Shown here in pieces: positions 51,240 to 64,000 of a stretch of 64,000 bases of DNA (within the stretch, counting starts at the first letter, position 1; each line of letters starts with the position of its first letter). This stretch comes from the human T2T-CHM13v2.0 reference genome, Homo sapiens. The stretch lies in NCBI RefSeq assembly GCF_009914755.1, contig NC_060935.1; one strand, 5' to 3'. The notes under the pieces are model-generated. The model saw nothing but the letters and a program-made list of their open reading frames with translations, was not told the origin of the DNA and searched no databases. Both the position numbers and the translations under genes were made by a program.

Positions 51240-51655
51240 ACTTTGCTACTTGGAATTTATTCTAGAAAAACAGTTGGACAAGTGAACATTGATACGTGTG
51301 CAAGGATGTACTGCAGAATTGTTTGTAAGAGAGGGAAAATTGGAAATAGCCTAAGTGGTAAATCCTCAGGAATTGGCTACTAATGTACCCATTAGGACAA
51401 TGATGTGAAGAACTGTATTCATTGATATTCAAATATGTTTATATTATATCAAGTGAGCAAAGGAGATCATAGAACAATATGTCTAGTGTGACTTTTATCT
51501 TACATATTTGTATTATGCATTAAAGTTTTGGAAAATATCAATAATGGTGATTCATAGATGGTTATATTATGAGTAATTTTAATTTCTATTTTTCTTTACT
51601 GTGTTATTTATGTTTTGTATAGTAAATGTAGATAGTTTGGTAATTAAAAAGTAGA
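51240..51655 (+). mobile_element. Ancient L1ME-like 3' fragment
   Basis: cttggaatttattctag...gtgcaaggatgt...ttgtttgtaagag...aaattggaaatagcctaa. Confidence 0.55.
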
Positions 51656-52122
51656 TATTGTTGATACCACAAGTATTGACAACTTATTTGCACGGTTCTG
51701 CATCCTATGTCCCAGTGTGGAGACTCTTTCCCTGTGTAGTCATAGCTGTTAGTTAGGAAAATAGCTATTTAATTGGAATTTCCTGGGTTGCTCTATGTTT
51801 TGTTTATTCAAGTGTTCTCCAAAATTTTCCTCTGCAACCAATAGTAATATAGCTCTTTATAAAACACTTTCACATAACTTCATTTAATTCCTATAATAAC
51901 TGAAATAAATAAGCAGTTATTCCTATTCAGAAAAATGAAGTGACTTTGCTATTGGCATATCTAGCGAGAGCTGGGGCCCGGCCTTGGTTGAGCCCAGTTT
52001 TTCTCTGTGTGGACTTGGCTTACTCCACCCTGGTTGTTCTCAACCCTGGCAACATCTTCATATCACTTGGGACATTTACCAATTCTTTGGTCTCTCCCCT
52101 GAATAAGTAAAGAAAAAATTTC

Positions 52123-52136
52123 TGTCTCTCTCTCAC

Positions 52137-52190
<54 letters not shown>

Positions 52191-52227
52191 ATATATCTAT
52201 CTATCATCTATCTATCATCTATCTATA
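52123..52227. repeat. (TCTA)n tetranucleotide STR
   Basis: about 13 perfect TCTA units plus degenerate units. Confidence 0.96.
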
Positions 52228-52289
52228 GTTTATATATTGTCATTGTTGTTACTATTTTATTACTAGTTGTCTTTTTGATAGTTTTAAAT

Positions 52290-52470
52290 GGTTTTCATAT
52301 ATTATCTCATTTGATCCTTATTAGAAACACATAAGGTGGATATCACTTTTCTTATCACAAATGAGGAAATTTAGGCACAGAGAGGAAAACTCACTTGCCC
52401 AAGAAGATCCAGTTAGGAAGTGGATCAAGGAATATTTGAGCCTACATCTATTCGCCCCCCAAGACTGGGC
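52290..52470 (-). mobile_element. MIR
   Basis: attatctcatttgatcc...aaatgaggaaatttaggcacagagagg...cttgcccaag. Confidence 0.75.
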
Positions 52471-53599
52471 AGTTAATCATTTTTATAAATGGTAAAATTT
52501 GGTCTTGTGTGCAGGTCAAGACATCAGAAGATTAGAGTTGTAGTTCATATAAATAGCCAAACTAGGAACTCAATGAGTTTAAGCTCAATATAATCCTGTG
52601 AACAAAGCAACAGGATAATTTGAAATGTCAATGTGACATTCTGTTCCACAGTAAATTAATAAGATGTGACTGGAGGCCTTTCTTGTCAAGGCTGTAACAA
52701 TCGCAAGCCATACTTTCTCTCCCCTTTAATCTCATGTTATGATAATAGGCAATCAGTAGAAACATCCTTCAAATATCAGCTGAGTCCTTTTCATACACAA
52801 AGGTGACAAATTGGCAGCATCCACTTTTGTTCATTTCTGTTGGAAGAGATGTAGCTTCAAACACTATGATGTGATGAAATGAGCAATGTAAAAACAGAGG
52901 CAGTTTTCTGTAATTAATTTGGTATTGATAGAAAACACTTTGATCCTCTTCTCATTCTTTTTGTTGCTGAAGTGATGGTCATTTGGATGGTCTGAGTGAC
53001 TTTGAGGCATGGGCAAAAAGCTGGGAGGTCCCAGCAAGTATTACTCCTCATGTTTCAGAATCCTTTAATTTTGGACATGTCTTTAGCTACATATTCTTGG
53101 TTTCCAGTCTTGAACGTGGCTTTGGGCACTTCTCCACTTGATCGCGTGCTACCTCCTGGATCCCATCTAGACCAGCCCAGCATCCCTGTTCTGCGGATTA
53201 TGTTCAGAACCATCTCCATACTAGCAACTTTCTGGTACCCATCTAGCAACTGGCACTTTAAAAAATCAAAATTCTATTTCCCTGAGGTGGCTAAGGAGAG
53301 AGAACATCCCCAGGGGTGAGATTTGTTGCAACTTGTTGCCATAATTCTTCTATTAAGAGAGATGAGAGGCCTCTCAGCTAAAACTACAAGGAAACCGAAA
53401 CTGCCATTTCCACCTGCAAGTGTCTTTATGATTTTGACAGTATGGACCTTTCTACACTCAGGGTGAAGTTTCCGCCTTTTCTTTTCCTGAAAGGTGGGGT
53501 TGAGAGGGGCACCATTAGCCCAGGCATGTGTGCAGACAAGTCCTCAGAGCACATGAACACATGAAAGACCAGAACTCATTGAAATGTGGCATGGAAAAT

Positions 53600-54400
53600 A
53601 CTCACTGTTCAAACTGGAAACCTGGATCCATCTATCTGTAATTCTCTATTTGCCTTTTTATTCACATCCAAATCATCGGTGGCTATCACCACCTCTAACT
53701 CTAAAAATATGTCTATTATCTGCCCACTTTTCTCCATCTCTTCTGCCTGCTACCCTAGTCTATATCTCCATTATCTCTTATCTGCTGTCCTGTGATAACC
53801 TCCTAGGTGGAGTTTCTACTTCCACTTGTGTGTTCCCACAGATTATTTTCCTCAGGGCAGTTAAAGTAAACTTGCAAATCATAGACCAGATCGTCTGACT
53901 CCCCTGCTTTAAAACCACTGGCTTCCCAAAAGATCCTATATGATCTGGTGCCAGCCTATTCCACTGACATCACCTAGTCCCACTCTCCCCTCAGTCACCA
54001 GGCTGAACACAGGACTTTGTTCATGGAATAGGACAAGCTTGTTTTAACCTCAAGGTGTTCGTATCTCCTATTTTTTTCTGCCAACAAGTTCTTTGCTGGG
54101 GTCTTCCTAGCTTGGAAGAACCTTCTTAGTTGAAACATTTCTTAGTTGGACGTTACTGCCTATTTATTCTATCTAAAGTAGTCCTTTTCTGCTCCTCCAT
54201 CATGTCTGTTTATAGGACAAGTATTTATTGGATGCCTGCTATGTTTCAGATACTGGGAATAACTCAGCAAACAAGACCAACAGAAATTCCTGCCTTCGTG
54301 TGCTTTACGTTCTAGTGTCCCATCAGGATGTTTAAATTTCTCTGTAGCACTGATTTCTATTTGAGTTATTTATTGGTTTGCTTGTTTTAATCTTTCTCTC
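53600..54400 (+). mobile_element. L2 fragments
   Basis: ctgcccacttttctccatctc...ctaccctagtc...actcccctgctttaaaacc...atgatctgg. Confidence 0.65.
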
Positions 54401-54744
54401 TATAGCCCACCCTTGGACAGACTGGGAAGAATAAATCAGTTTTGGTTTTGCAGCATGTCCATGGCAATCTGTCTCAGGAGGCAGACATTAGAAGAATCTG
54501 TAGACACAAAGAATCAGAGTGGGAAAAGTTTGTTGTCCTTTTTTGTTACTCCCTCCTTTGCTTAGAAGAACATTTTGAGCATGAGCACGCTTACACATAG
54601 TCTAAGAATACTTGTCAAAGACAGTTCATAGATGGCATCATTAATACAATTTAGAAACAATAGTGCCCCTACCCCAGTATCTACAGACTGTTGAGGTTTG
54701 CTTCACAGGTTAGAATTTTCAGATGCTGTCTTTCTCTGTATTGT

Positions 54745-54910
54745 GGTTTGTGTATAACAATTACCTGGTAATTCAGATTTTGAAGCCTGGCCTCTAAAGA
54801 GTCTGATTATTAGGTCTAAGGTAGAACCCAGGAGCCTGCATTTTTAAGAAGTACCCCAGGTGACTCCGTAGTAGGTTTGTGGACTGCAATCTGTAAAATA
54901 CTTTGTAGAG
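54745..54910. mobile_element. MER5A-like MITE
   Basis: aattacctgg...gagtctgatt..taggtctaaggtagaacccaggagcctgcatttttaagaagtaccccaggtga. Confidence 0.65.
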
Positions 54911-55390
54911 CATAGCCTGATATTGTAAACAAGGACTTTCTATGGTCCTGTGTGCCAGAGAATGTGCACTTGTAGGATCTCCTAAATTTAGGTGACTGTG
55001 TGTCGAGGTTTGCCTGGGATGGTCCTGGTGTATGTCTGCTTTCCCAACATAATTATTAATAATGACCATTCTAACTATCAAAAGTGTCACAAATTGAATG
55101 GTACATTTGATAGTAACTCTGTATGTATGGAACTCTTACCCAAGAGGCTATTGTAAGAAGCTTCCTTTTTGGGGATAAAAAGGTAGACTTATCTGAAAGA
55201 GATAAAGTGGACATCTGTCCACCTGGTCTGGTCTTCTATCATGGAATTTTTGAACTATATCCACACTATGAAAGAGGAATTCCTTACATTCTAGGGATTC
55301 CAGTTCCTGCTTCCTCCTTATCTGATATTCCTCCTTATATGATATTCCTCTGACAGACTTACCATGGAAAGTCACATTTTTGCCTATGCC

Positions 55391-55598
55391 TGTGCTGTCC
55401 AGTACCATAGCCAACAGGAGTATATGTCTATTTAAATGAAAATTTACACTAATTAACATAAAATGAAATTTAAAATTCAGTTGTTTAGTTTTGGCACATT
55501 TCAAATGCTCACTAATCACAGGTGGCTAATGGCCACTGCCGTGGACAGTGAATTATAGAAAATCTCATCATCATAGGAAGTTTCTGTTGGACAGCACT
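55391..55598. mobile_element. MER3 (hAT-Charlie MITE)
   Basis: terminal inverted repeats gtgctgtcca...tggacagcac; internal cacatttcaaatgctc...gtggcta. Confidence 0.85.
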
Positions 55599-56539
55599 AG
55601 CCTAATTTGTGTTTCTGTGGTTTTTACCCGCTCAGATTTGTATCCAGTATTTTTTGTAGTTATGACTTGGGAGAAATCAGAAAAATAATGCTTTTAGAAG
55701 TTACATTACAGATTATCTAATACAATCTCTTAATATAATTTATACTTAAATGTATTAAGTTATCCTAGCTAATTGCTTGGTATCAAATTATCCACCTGCA
55801 AAATGGGATCACAACAGCTCTTCCTCAGAGTGACATTGAGGCAGCCTTCCAGCACATGCAGATGCCAGCTACTGAGTAAATAGCATCTCATGTCATTAAA
55901 TGGTACACTGACTTTGATATGTTGCTATAAACTCCTTATCATAATTCATTATGAATGTGTTAGGGAAATTGACTTAAAGCAGCTATATCAAAATAGCCAT
56001 GAGACTGATTGAGTCCAAAGATGAATTACACATTCTATTTCGTCATCTCGTTAACAGTAGGTTCCCTTAATGAGATACTTTCTATTTCAGATGGTGGTGT
56101 AACATGGCTAGTACTTCGAAAACTTTGAAGAGCCCTTAGTGATGCTGTTTGCAGCCCTTCAGTCCTATTCAACACCTCCAAAGGAAATGGTAAACCCTGT
56201 TTCTGTCTGTCCATTTGGTTTGTTATGACTGATGCTCTGGCCTTCTTCCAAAGCAAGATTTTTTAGTTCAATACCTCTTCCCTCCATGGAGCACACTGTC
56301 TGTAGGATGGTGGGTCCATTGCTCTGGAAGAATGCTTTGAGATATGTATGTTGTGCTTGAAAGACAATGCATGAAATACTTGTTTGATCACTGGTTTGGA
56401 CTTCACGTTCATTTTGGTGGATGTGTGAAGAGAAGGGCTAGGGCAAATGCCTATAGGCAGGAGAAGAATCCTAAATGTGTTCTGATTATGAACTCATGTA
56501 TTATGTACCTACTATACCGCAGAGGCACATTTGCTTTCA

Positions 56540-56890
56540 AGAATCCTCTGGGAAAATTATAATTTTCCCCTTGTATGAGTGAAGAAACAGGTTCAGAGAG
56601 AGAGAGAAAGTAAATATCTCTGGTTGTACAAGAGGGATTCAGGATTCTTAGCTGAGTTGTTTGGCTTCAGAGCCCCCATTCTATCTACTATATTATTCTG
56701 CTTTACTTGTACAGTAAAATGCATTTAGATCTATTTTCTCATTTGATACTACATTCTATTAGGTGGAATGGCAGGTATCACTATTCCTGGATTGGGATAT
56801 CTGTCTATCTATTGCTTAGATAGATCCTCCACCCAAGTGGAGCAGTGAATTGCCCGAGGTCAAAAGGCAAGTATGAATGTCTGAGGCTCA
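56540..56890 (-). mobile_element. MIR fragments (two)
   Basis: gtgaagaaacaggttcagagag...gcttcagagccc; tttctcatttgat...gtgaattgcccgaggtca. Confidence 0.5.
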
Positions 56891-57483
56891 TATATACACT
56901 TAGCCGGATAGATAGGGAAACTGTCAAAACACCAAAATAAATAGGAAATATTGCTGGAAGCTGGTAGCATTCTGTCCCTAAAGCATGATTTGGAATGCAG
57001 CAGAAACTCTTGTCAAGCCAGCGCACTTTGTGTAATGAAACATTTGTCCTGTATGTTTCAATGGGATCTCAGGAGCTCTTCTGCTGTGTGACAGAATGGC
57101 ATTTCATAGGACTTTCTGGAAAAATAGAAGAGTGTTTAAACACCAAATAGCATCTGAGAGGGATCCAGAGACCAGTGATTAAAGGCACATGCTGAGGGCC
57201 CTGGGAATGCTGATTTCAGGAACTCTGGGATGCAAAATGAGTGTCAAAATTGAGGCACAAATCTTTGCTGGCTTGCTGAGAGGAAGTTACTTCTACTCAG
57301 CTGTGTAAACAACAACCATATTGGAAATGTCAGAAGGAATGAAATCCTTTTTTGGAGAGGGGCTATTACAAAGACAGCACTAATAGTAAAATTAGAAACG
57401 CATTAGCTTTGTTGTATGAGGTCTGTGACAGCATCAATTTTTGGCACCAGAGCAGTCTCTTATGCACATAGGGATAGAACAGT

Positions 57484-57497
57484 TGACAGGTTTATGA
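57484..57497 (+). promoter_or_regulatory. MEIS-HOX composite motif
   Basis: TGACAGGTTTATGA fits the TGACAGKTTTAYGA MEIS1/HOXA9-type consensus; function not shown. Confidence 0.35.
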
Positions 57498-58139
57498 TCT
57501 TCCCCCATAAAATGGTTATTGCCTCTTGATTCCTCTACCTATATGTCACACAGTTCATAAATTGATTTACAAATCTCATAATAACAAATGCCTATTCTGA
57601 TCAGCCTGTCAGCCTTTTTAATATTTATATAATTTTCTTTGAAAGAGCTTAGTGAAGTTATTTCCTGGTGTTGGAGGCTGGGGCAGTGATGGTGTAGGGT
57701 AACTCAGAGAAGCCTGTGGAGACTGACGGACAGATTTAGTGGCCACTGAGAAAAACAATTGGGTTATACTTGAGAGATGCACTGTGATGAAATGTAACAC
57801 TGTCACTTCTTTGATCTTGACAGTTTTTGGGAAAGCTATTGAATGCTATGCCAAAAGTATGACTGTGGTGATATTTGGATTGCAGGGGCCTATGGAGTAG
57901 GAACTTGTACTCATCAAGGGCAAAACAATTTAAAAAGGGTATTAGCCATGTCAAGTCTCATGTAACCAGCTTGCTGTGTATTTCACATCATGGTGCAAAA
58001 AATTATACAGGGCATATGTAGGAAGTCAGGCCAGAGGAAGTACTCAGGGATGTTTAATTTAGAAGATTTTGAAGCCAAAGATTTGGAATTCTGTTTCAGA
58101 CATGTTTCTTGTACTGTTCATGTGTTCCATCATTCATAA

Positions 58140-58480
<341 letters not shown>

Positions 58481-59354
58481 TGCATTATTAGTTTTTTAGG
58501 GCAGATAGACGTCATTTGACAGGGATGCATCAATATGCAATATTCATTATCCTATCTGCTTATAGTAGCAGGAAATGCAGTTTTTCCTCTGAGAATTCTC
58601 TTCTCATAATAAATACAAGAACCTCAGGATGCTAACTTAATCCAGATTGTCAGTCCAAGTTCAGTCTTTCTGACCACAGGCCTGTTCTCTACTGTACATG
58701 CAACTGCTGCCTAGTGCTTCATAGAAAGGCAGACTACCGCGAGGGCCAGTCCACAGGGTTTGAGGGAAGACTGACGTGTGGCAGAATGTGAAAAGGATTG
58801 GAAGAAAAATCTGTCCTGAGTAATACTCAGGGACAGGTGCCTAATGAGAGCCTTGACTCAGGAGAACAGTTTCTCTAGCCAGACTTTTCAATTAGCTCAA
58901 CACATTGCCTGAGAGTTATAAGTACATATGTTGTTCAAATATATGGTTTGGCAATGGTCTGAGGTTAGCTTTTTGGCAAATCCAAAAACAATGTCTTGGC
59001 ACAGATTTATTGTGATTTTATCTCAAGAGACTTGTTAGATAATTTCTGCTAATAGGCCTCAATTGGGGCACCCTAGGTCTTCCCCCACATATTTTGATGT
59101 TTGGATACCTTTGAACCTTAGAGGGAAGAGATTAATCTTGATACGACCTCTCAGAGACCCTTTCTGCTCTTATGCACATTTTCATCCCTTCTTGCAAACT
59201 TCAGGCTTCACATTTCAGTTAGTAGAGAGGAAAGGTGAAATGCCATCCATCAACAGAGCTGGATTCTACCCTCCCTTCAAAATAAAGGGCAGAGGAGTCC
59301 TGCTTTGCTAGTCATTCACCTACATCTGCTGTGTGCCCAAGGTTCTGTTAGGGC

Positions 59355-59540
59355 ACAGTTGTTGGCAAACTAAATAATGTTTTATTGGAACATAGCCAAG
59401 CCTATTCCCTTACTATTGTATATAGCTGCTTTTACGCCACAGTGGCAGAGGTAAGTAGTTGTTACGAAGCCCACGTGTGACCTGCAAAGCCTAAAATATT
59501 TACTATTTGGCTTTTTGCAGAAAAAAGCTTGGACTCTTGT
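59355..59540. mobile_element. MER58A (hAT-Charlie), within L2 remnants spanning ~59310-60050
   Basis: gttggcaaact...tttattggaacatagcca...cctgcaaagcctaaaatatttactatttggc. Confidence 0.85.
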
Positions 59541-60061
59541 GTTAGGGACTGGGCATTCAGAAATGAAAACACATTACTGTCCTCACAGGGGAGCCAGCAT
59601 CCTGAGAGTTATAATGGAATGAAGAACCCAGAGTGCTTGTAAGATAGAACATAGAGTGTTACCTCTGCCTCGGGCCTGGGAAAGGTTCCCCAAGGAGGCC
59701 ACATTTAACCTGAGTCTTGAATTTAGACTCAGCTTTCAACATGTGGAAAAACGTGAGGCATGCAAGAGAGCATCCAGGCGGTAAGAATACTTTGTGCAAT
59801 GGCAGGAATGATCGTATCATTCTGGGGAAACTCAGGTGGCTGGAATGTAGGTGTGGAGGGTGATGAAGCTGGAGGTGAGCTGCAGGTTGATCAGCACACT
59901 TGGCTAGTACTAGCAGAGAGCTTTGGAAGCTGCACGTGGGCTTTTGATGGGTTCAGGCAAGTGGAGGAGGAATTTTAGCAGTGACATTGGATCTGTCCTT
60001 TGGAAAGATTGCAACTTCTGCTAGATTGCAAAGGAGCAAGACTAGAGCCAGGGAAACATTA

Positions 60062-60370
<309 letters not shown>

Positions 60371-60489
60371 AAAGATCTACTTAAAATATATGCATTCTCT
60401 GTTGTTCAAAGGCATCTCAGTTGCCTCCTTCAAATAAGTTATCTGTTACACTGATACTGTGTCCTGGTTGTAAGTACTTTAGTGCCAGG

Positions 60490-60919
60490 TATGATGGTTA
60501 ATTTTACATGTCAACTTGATGGGACATGAGGTGCCCAGATTAAATATTATTTCTTGGTATGTCTGTGAGAGTGTTTTCAGGTGAGATCAGCATTTGAAAC
60601 AGTGGGCTGAGGAAAGCAAATGGTCCTCCCCAGTGTAGGTGGGCATGATCCAATCCATTGAGGGCCTGAATAGAGCAAAATTTGGAGGAAGGGGGAATTT
60701 ACTCTCTCTGCCTGACTACTTGAGCTGGAACATCAGCCTTCTTTAACTGGAACTTACATCATAAGCTCTCTGGTTCTCAGAACTATACCACTGGCTTCCT
60801 GGGTCTTCTGATAATGGGACTTCTCAGGCTTCATAATCATGTGAGCCAATTCCTTATAATAAATTACATATCTATTTATCTCATTAGTTCTGTTTCTCTG
60901 TAGAGCCACAACTAATACA
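60490..60919 (+). mobile_element. MLT2 (ERVL) solo LTR
   Basis: tgatggttaattttacatgtcaacttga...atccaatccattgagggcctgaatagagcaaaa...gttctgtttctctg...actaataca. Confidence 0.9.
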
Positions 60920-61927
60920 CCAGGTTTGTTTGCATTCAAAGCAAGGGCCCTCAAAAGCACTATTCTAATGGGTCTTTCTATTGAATTAAGTCTCAGCAAA
61001 GAGACCTTCTCCATGAAGCTATCTCCTTCCTTGCCAAGGCATATTGCGTACATTCCTATTTTATATTTATTTTATTTTGCTCTAATTATGATTACTCACA
61101 CCTTACTTACCACAATGCCAAGTGCATAGGAGGTACTCAGGTTTATATTTGATGATTGGAAGAATGACAGAGTGTGGCTAAGCACTGTCTTGGTGGTCTG
61201 TGGAGCCAAACTGGGTAATAGGAGAGTTCAGAGACACTGTCAAATGTGCCCCAAGGGGTAGGAGCTCTCCTACCCACGGGGTAGGACAAAGGTTAAGTGA
61301 AGTACAGAAATTATGTCATTCTTAGTTCTCTCCTTTGAGTCCCCTTACCCTGTCCCCCAACCACCACCACCACAAAAAGGTACTGAAGAAAATCTGCTTG
61401 ACTATGTAGGACTCATTAAAAGTCATTTGCAATTTGATTGACATACTCTGGTTGGATCCCATTTCTTTCTCTTTTTATTTTGGAAGATCTGCATCTTATT
61501 TTTGTGCTACCAGCAAGTTTCTCATGTTCACTTGCATGGACATCTGTGTGGTAGGCATCTGTTCTGAAGTTATGGTTGGAGAGATGCAATTGGAAAGTTG
61601 TGTGGATGGAGGGCATGGGTTTCAAGAATTATGCTTAGCTTCAGCTGGTACACACAAAAGTAGTCCTATGGTAGGGTAGGTAGAACACGAAGCATCTTCA
61701 TCTTAGTTGGCAAATAACTGCTGCCTCCCTCAAGTGTTTCTGCCATTCAGACTGCCTTTTCCACTCATCCCCGGAATTTCCTGGATATGCCTGCATTCTG
61801 TCATCTAAATGGTTAATGATTAACAGGTTTGTCTGAAGGGTATCCCTGAACAAACTCTGCTCCAGTGATCTATTTGATTGGTTGGTACCTGAGCCACTCT
61901 GCGTATCCCAAGTCCTGACTTTGGGAC

Positions 61928-62545
61928 TGGGTTAGTCAGGGATCTTCAGAGAGACAGAATCTATAGGATAGATATAGTGTTGGCCCTCCATATTCATATA
62001 TTCATGGACTTTTTATTTGTGGATTCAAACAACCACAGATAAAACATATTTGGGAAAACAATAAAAAATGCTGCAGATAAAAAGAATACATTATAACAAC
62101 TATTTCCATAGCATTTACATTGTACTAGGTATTATAAGTAATCTAAAGATGACACAAAGTATAGGAAAGAATCTGCATTTGCGCAAATACTACCCCATTT
62201 TATATAAGGGACTTGAGCTTGGTATCTGCGTGTGGGGAGGTTATCCTGGAAAAAAACCTTTATGGATACCCAGAGATGACTGTATAGATAAATGAGAGGA
62301 CATTTATTAGGGGAATTGGCTCACGTGAATATGGAGGTTGAGAAGTCCATGGAAGGCTTTCTATAAGCTGGAGACTCTGGGATGCCAGTAGGTAGCATGG
62401 CTCAGTGCAAATCTCAAGGCCTGAGAACCTGGGGGCTGCTGGTATAAGCCTTGAAGTTCAAAGGCTGGAGAGCTTATATCCGAGCGTAGGAGAAGAGAGA
62501 TGTATCTCCGCCTCAGGAGAGGGAGAGATGGAGGGGGTGGGAGGG

Positions 62546-62590
<45 letters not shown>

Positions 62591-62801
62591 ATTCATCTTT
62601 CCTGTTTGTTCTATCAAGGCCTTCTGCTAATGAGTTGGTGCCTGCCCCCATTGGGGGTGGATGTTTCCCCAACTTAGTCTACCCATACTCAATTGCCAAT
62701 CTCCTCAGGAAACACCCTCACAGATGCACCCAAACATAATACTTTACCAAATTTCTAGGTATTTCTAATCCAGTCAAGTTGACATTTAAAATTAACCATC
62801 A
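61928..62801 (-). mobile_element. MLT2 (ERVL) solo LTR, interrupted by MER2 and containing a (GA)n tract
   Basis: ttagtcagggatcttcagagagacagaatc...aattggctcacgtg...caccctcacaga...atccagtcaagttgacatttaaaattaaccatca. Confidence 0.88.
61975..62285. mobile_element. MER2 (Tigger-derived MITE) nested in MLT2
   Basis: ggccctccatatt...gtggattcaaacaacc...catagcatttacattgtactaggtattataagtaatcta...ggatacc..gatgactgta. Confidence 0.85.
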
Positions 62802-63414
62802 AAGGGCATTTCCATAAATGCCTTCCAGGACCACAGAATTCGATACCTTGTTTTCAGCCACTACTCAGCTTTAGGCTCAGTTCTGGGGTAGGATGGTACC
62901 ACTGGGGAACTGCCTTTGTGCCTGCCAGTCAGGCTGCCTGGCTCCTGTCCACTGGCTTCTATTCCTGAATTTCATCTACATCAGAAGGAGCTCAGACCTT
63001 AGGGGAACTAGAGCCCCTAGCAAAGGTGCTGACACTCTGACAAGCAAATGCCACCTGTGCCTGATCCCAGGAACAGTCGTGATTCATGTAGCAGAGGGTG
63101 CTCAATTCTGGAGTCACCCTTGTGTTTTTGCTCATAGGAACTGTAGCATCTATGGGCTTTTAAATCTGAGAGGCTTGGAGAGACAGGGAGAATGGGGATG
63201 AGGTGGGTAGCAGAAATGGTGGATATTGCAACAACAGCTAGATGCTGCAGGCTTCTTTGCACATTGAGTACTTCTGAAATTTGAGGGAGGCTGTGTGGAT
63301 GGATGGAGCTATGAAGAATGGGCAGATTTGTCTGTTTAATGAGACACATCTTTGAAAATTCGCACAACCCCCATTCATCATGGGCATCAACAATATTCAT
63401 TTTTATAAAAGTGA

Positions 63415-63545
63415 GAGCTAAAGTTTACATGTGGCTTCTATGCCAGGCACCATGTATAGTGAATTATTTAAATACTGTTGTAATCATCATAATCTCCATT
63501 TTACAGATGAGGACACTGAAGTTATTTAAAACAAGAATAACATAG
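63415..63545 (-). mobile_element. MIR fragment
   Basis: atgccaggcac...atctccattttacagatgaggacactga. Confidence 0.75.
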
Positions 63546-64000
63546 GATTCCAAAGCAGATAGCCCTGAGTCTCCAGTGTTGGAAGGCTTATATTTGATCT
63601 AATTATCTTTGACATGTCAACAAATGATTTCTGTGACTTAGTTGATTATAGAGCCATTGAATGTAAAAATATTTAGACATTATTATGTAATTGCTGTTAC
63701 ATCAACAGGAGCTGAGGAGAGCATTTAGCACCATAAAACAACATTGCTAATGGCAAGAGAAGCTCACATTTTAAGACTACAAATGATCATCAATTTAGAA
63801 GAGTTTGACTGTGATTGTCTGTCAAATTATGACTCAGACAAGGGCTAAATGTCAGTTACTGGCAGTTTCACAAACAGAAGATAAAACCCATAGTTTATAG
63901 TATTAGTGGAAATTATCTTATTAAATAAGCAATATTTTTTGTTACGACTTATATTACCTGGTAACCAGTTTAAAATACATACATATATGTATAGATATAT

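Overview
Primate (very probably human-lineage) non-coding genomic DNA, AT-rich and CpG-depleted, with no recognisable protein-coding exon, RNA gene or CpG island. It reads as a large intron or intergenic interval. Much of it is interspersed repeats. These include five Alus, a near full-length but dead L1 (~22.2-29.1 kb, minus strand) carrying a THE1 solo LTR, several 3' L1 fragments and many MIR/L2 remnants. There are also MaLR/ERVL LTRs, an old LTR-internal-LTR MaLR provirus with nested L1, ERV1 LTR and Alu insertions, hAT/Tigger MITEs and microsatellites. The ORF track is explained by L1/Alu fragments and chance ORFs. I see no clearly novel biological system. The best leads are: (1) a ~490 bp local duplication whose two copies both keep a 3'ss-13/18 nt-5'ss microexon-like cassette, (2) a MEIS/PBX/HOX motif cluster near 57.5 kb, (3) an LTR9B-like LTR with an OCT-SOX composite motif, and (4) a possible ancient RTE-clade LINE fossil. 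Repeat subfamily names come from memory of consensus sequences and boundaries of old repeats are approximate; confirm with RepeatMasker/Dfam.
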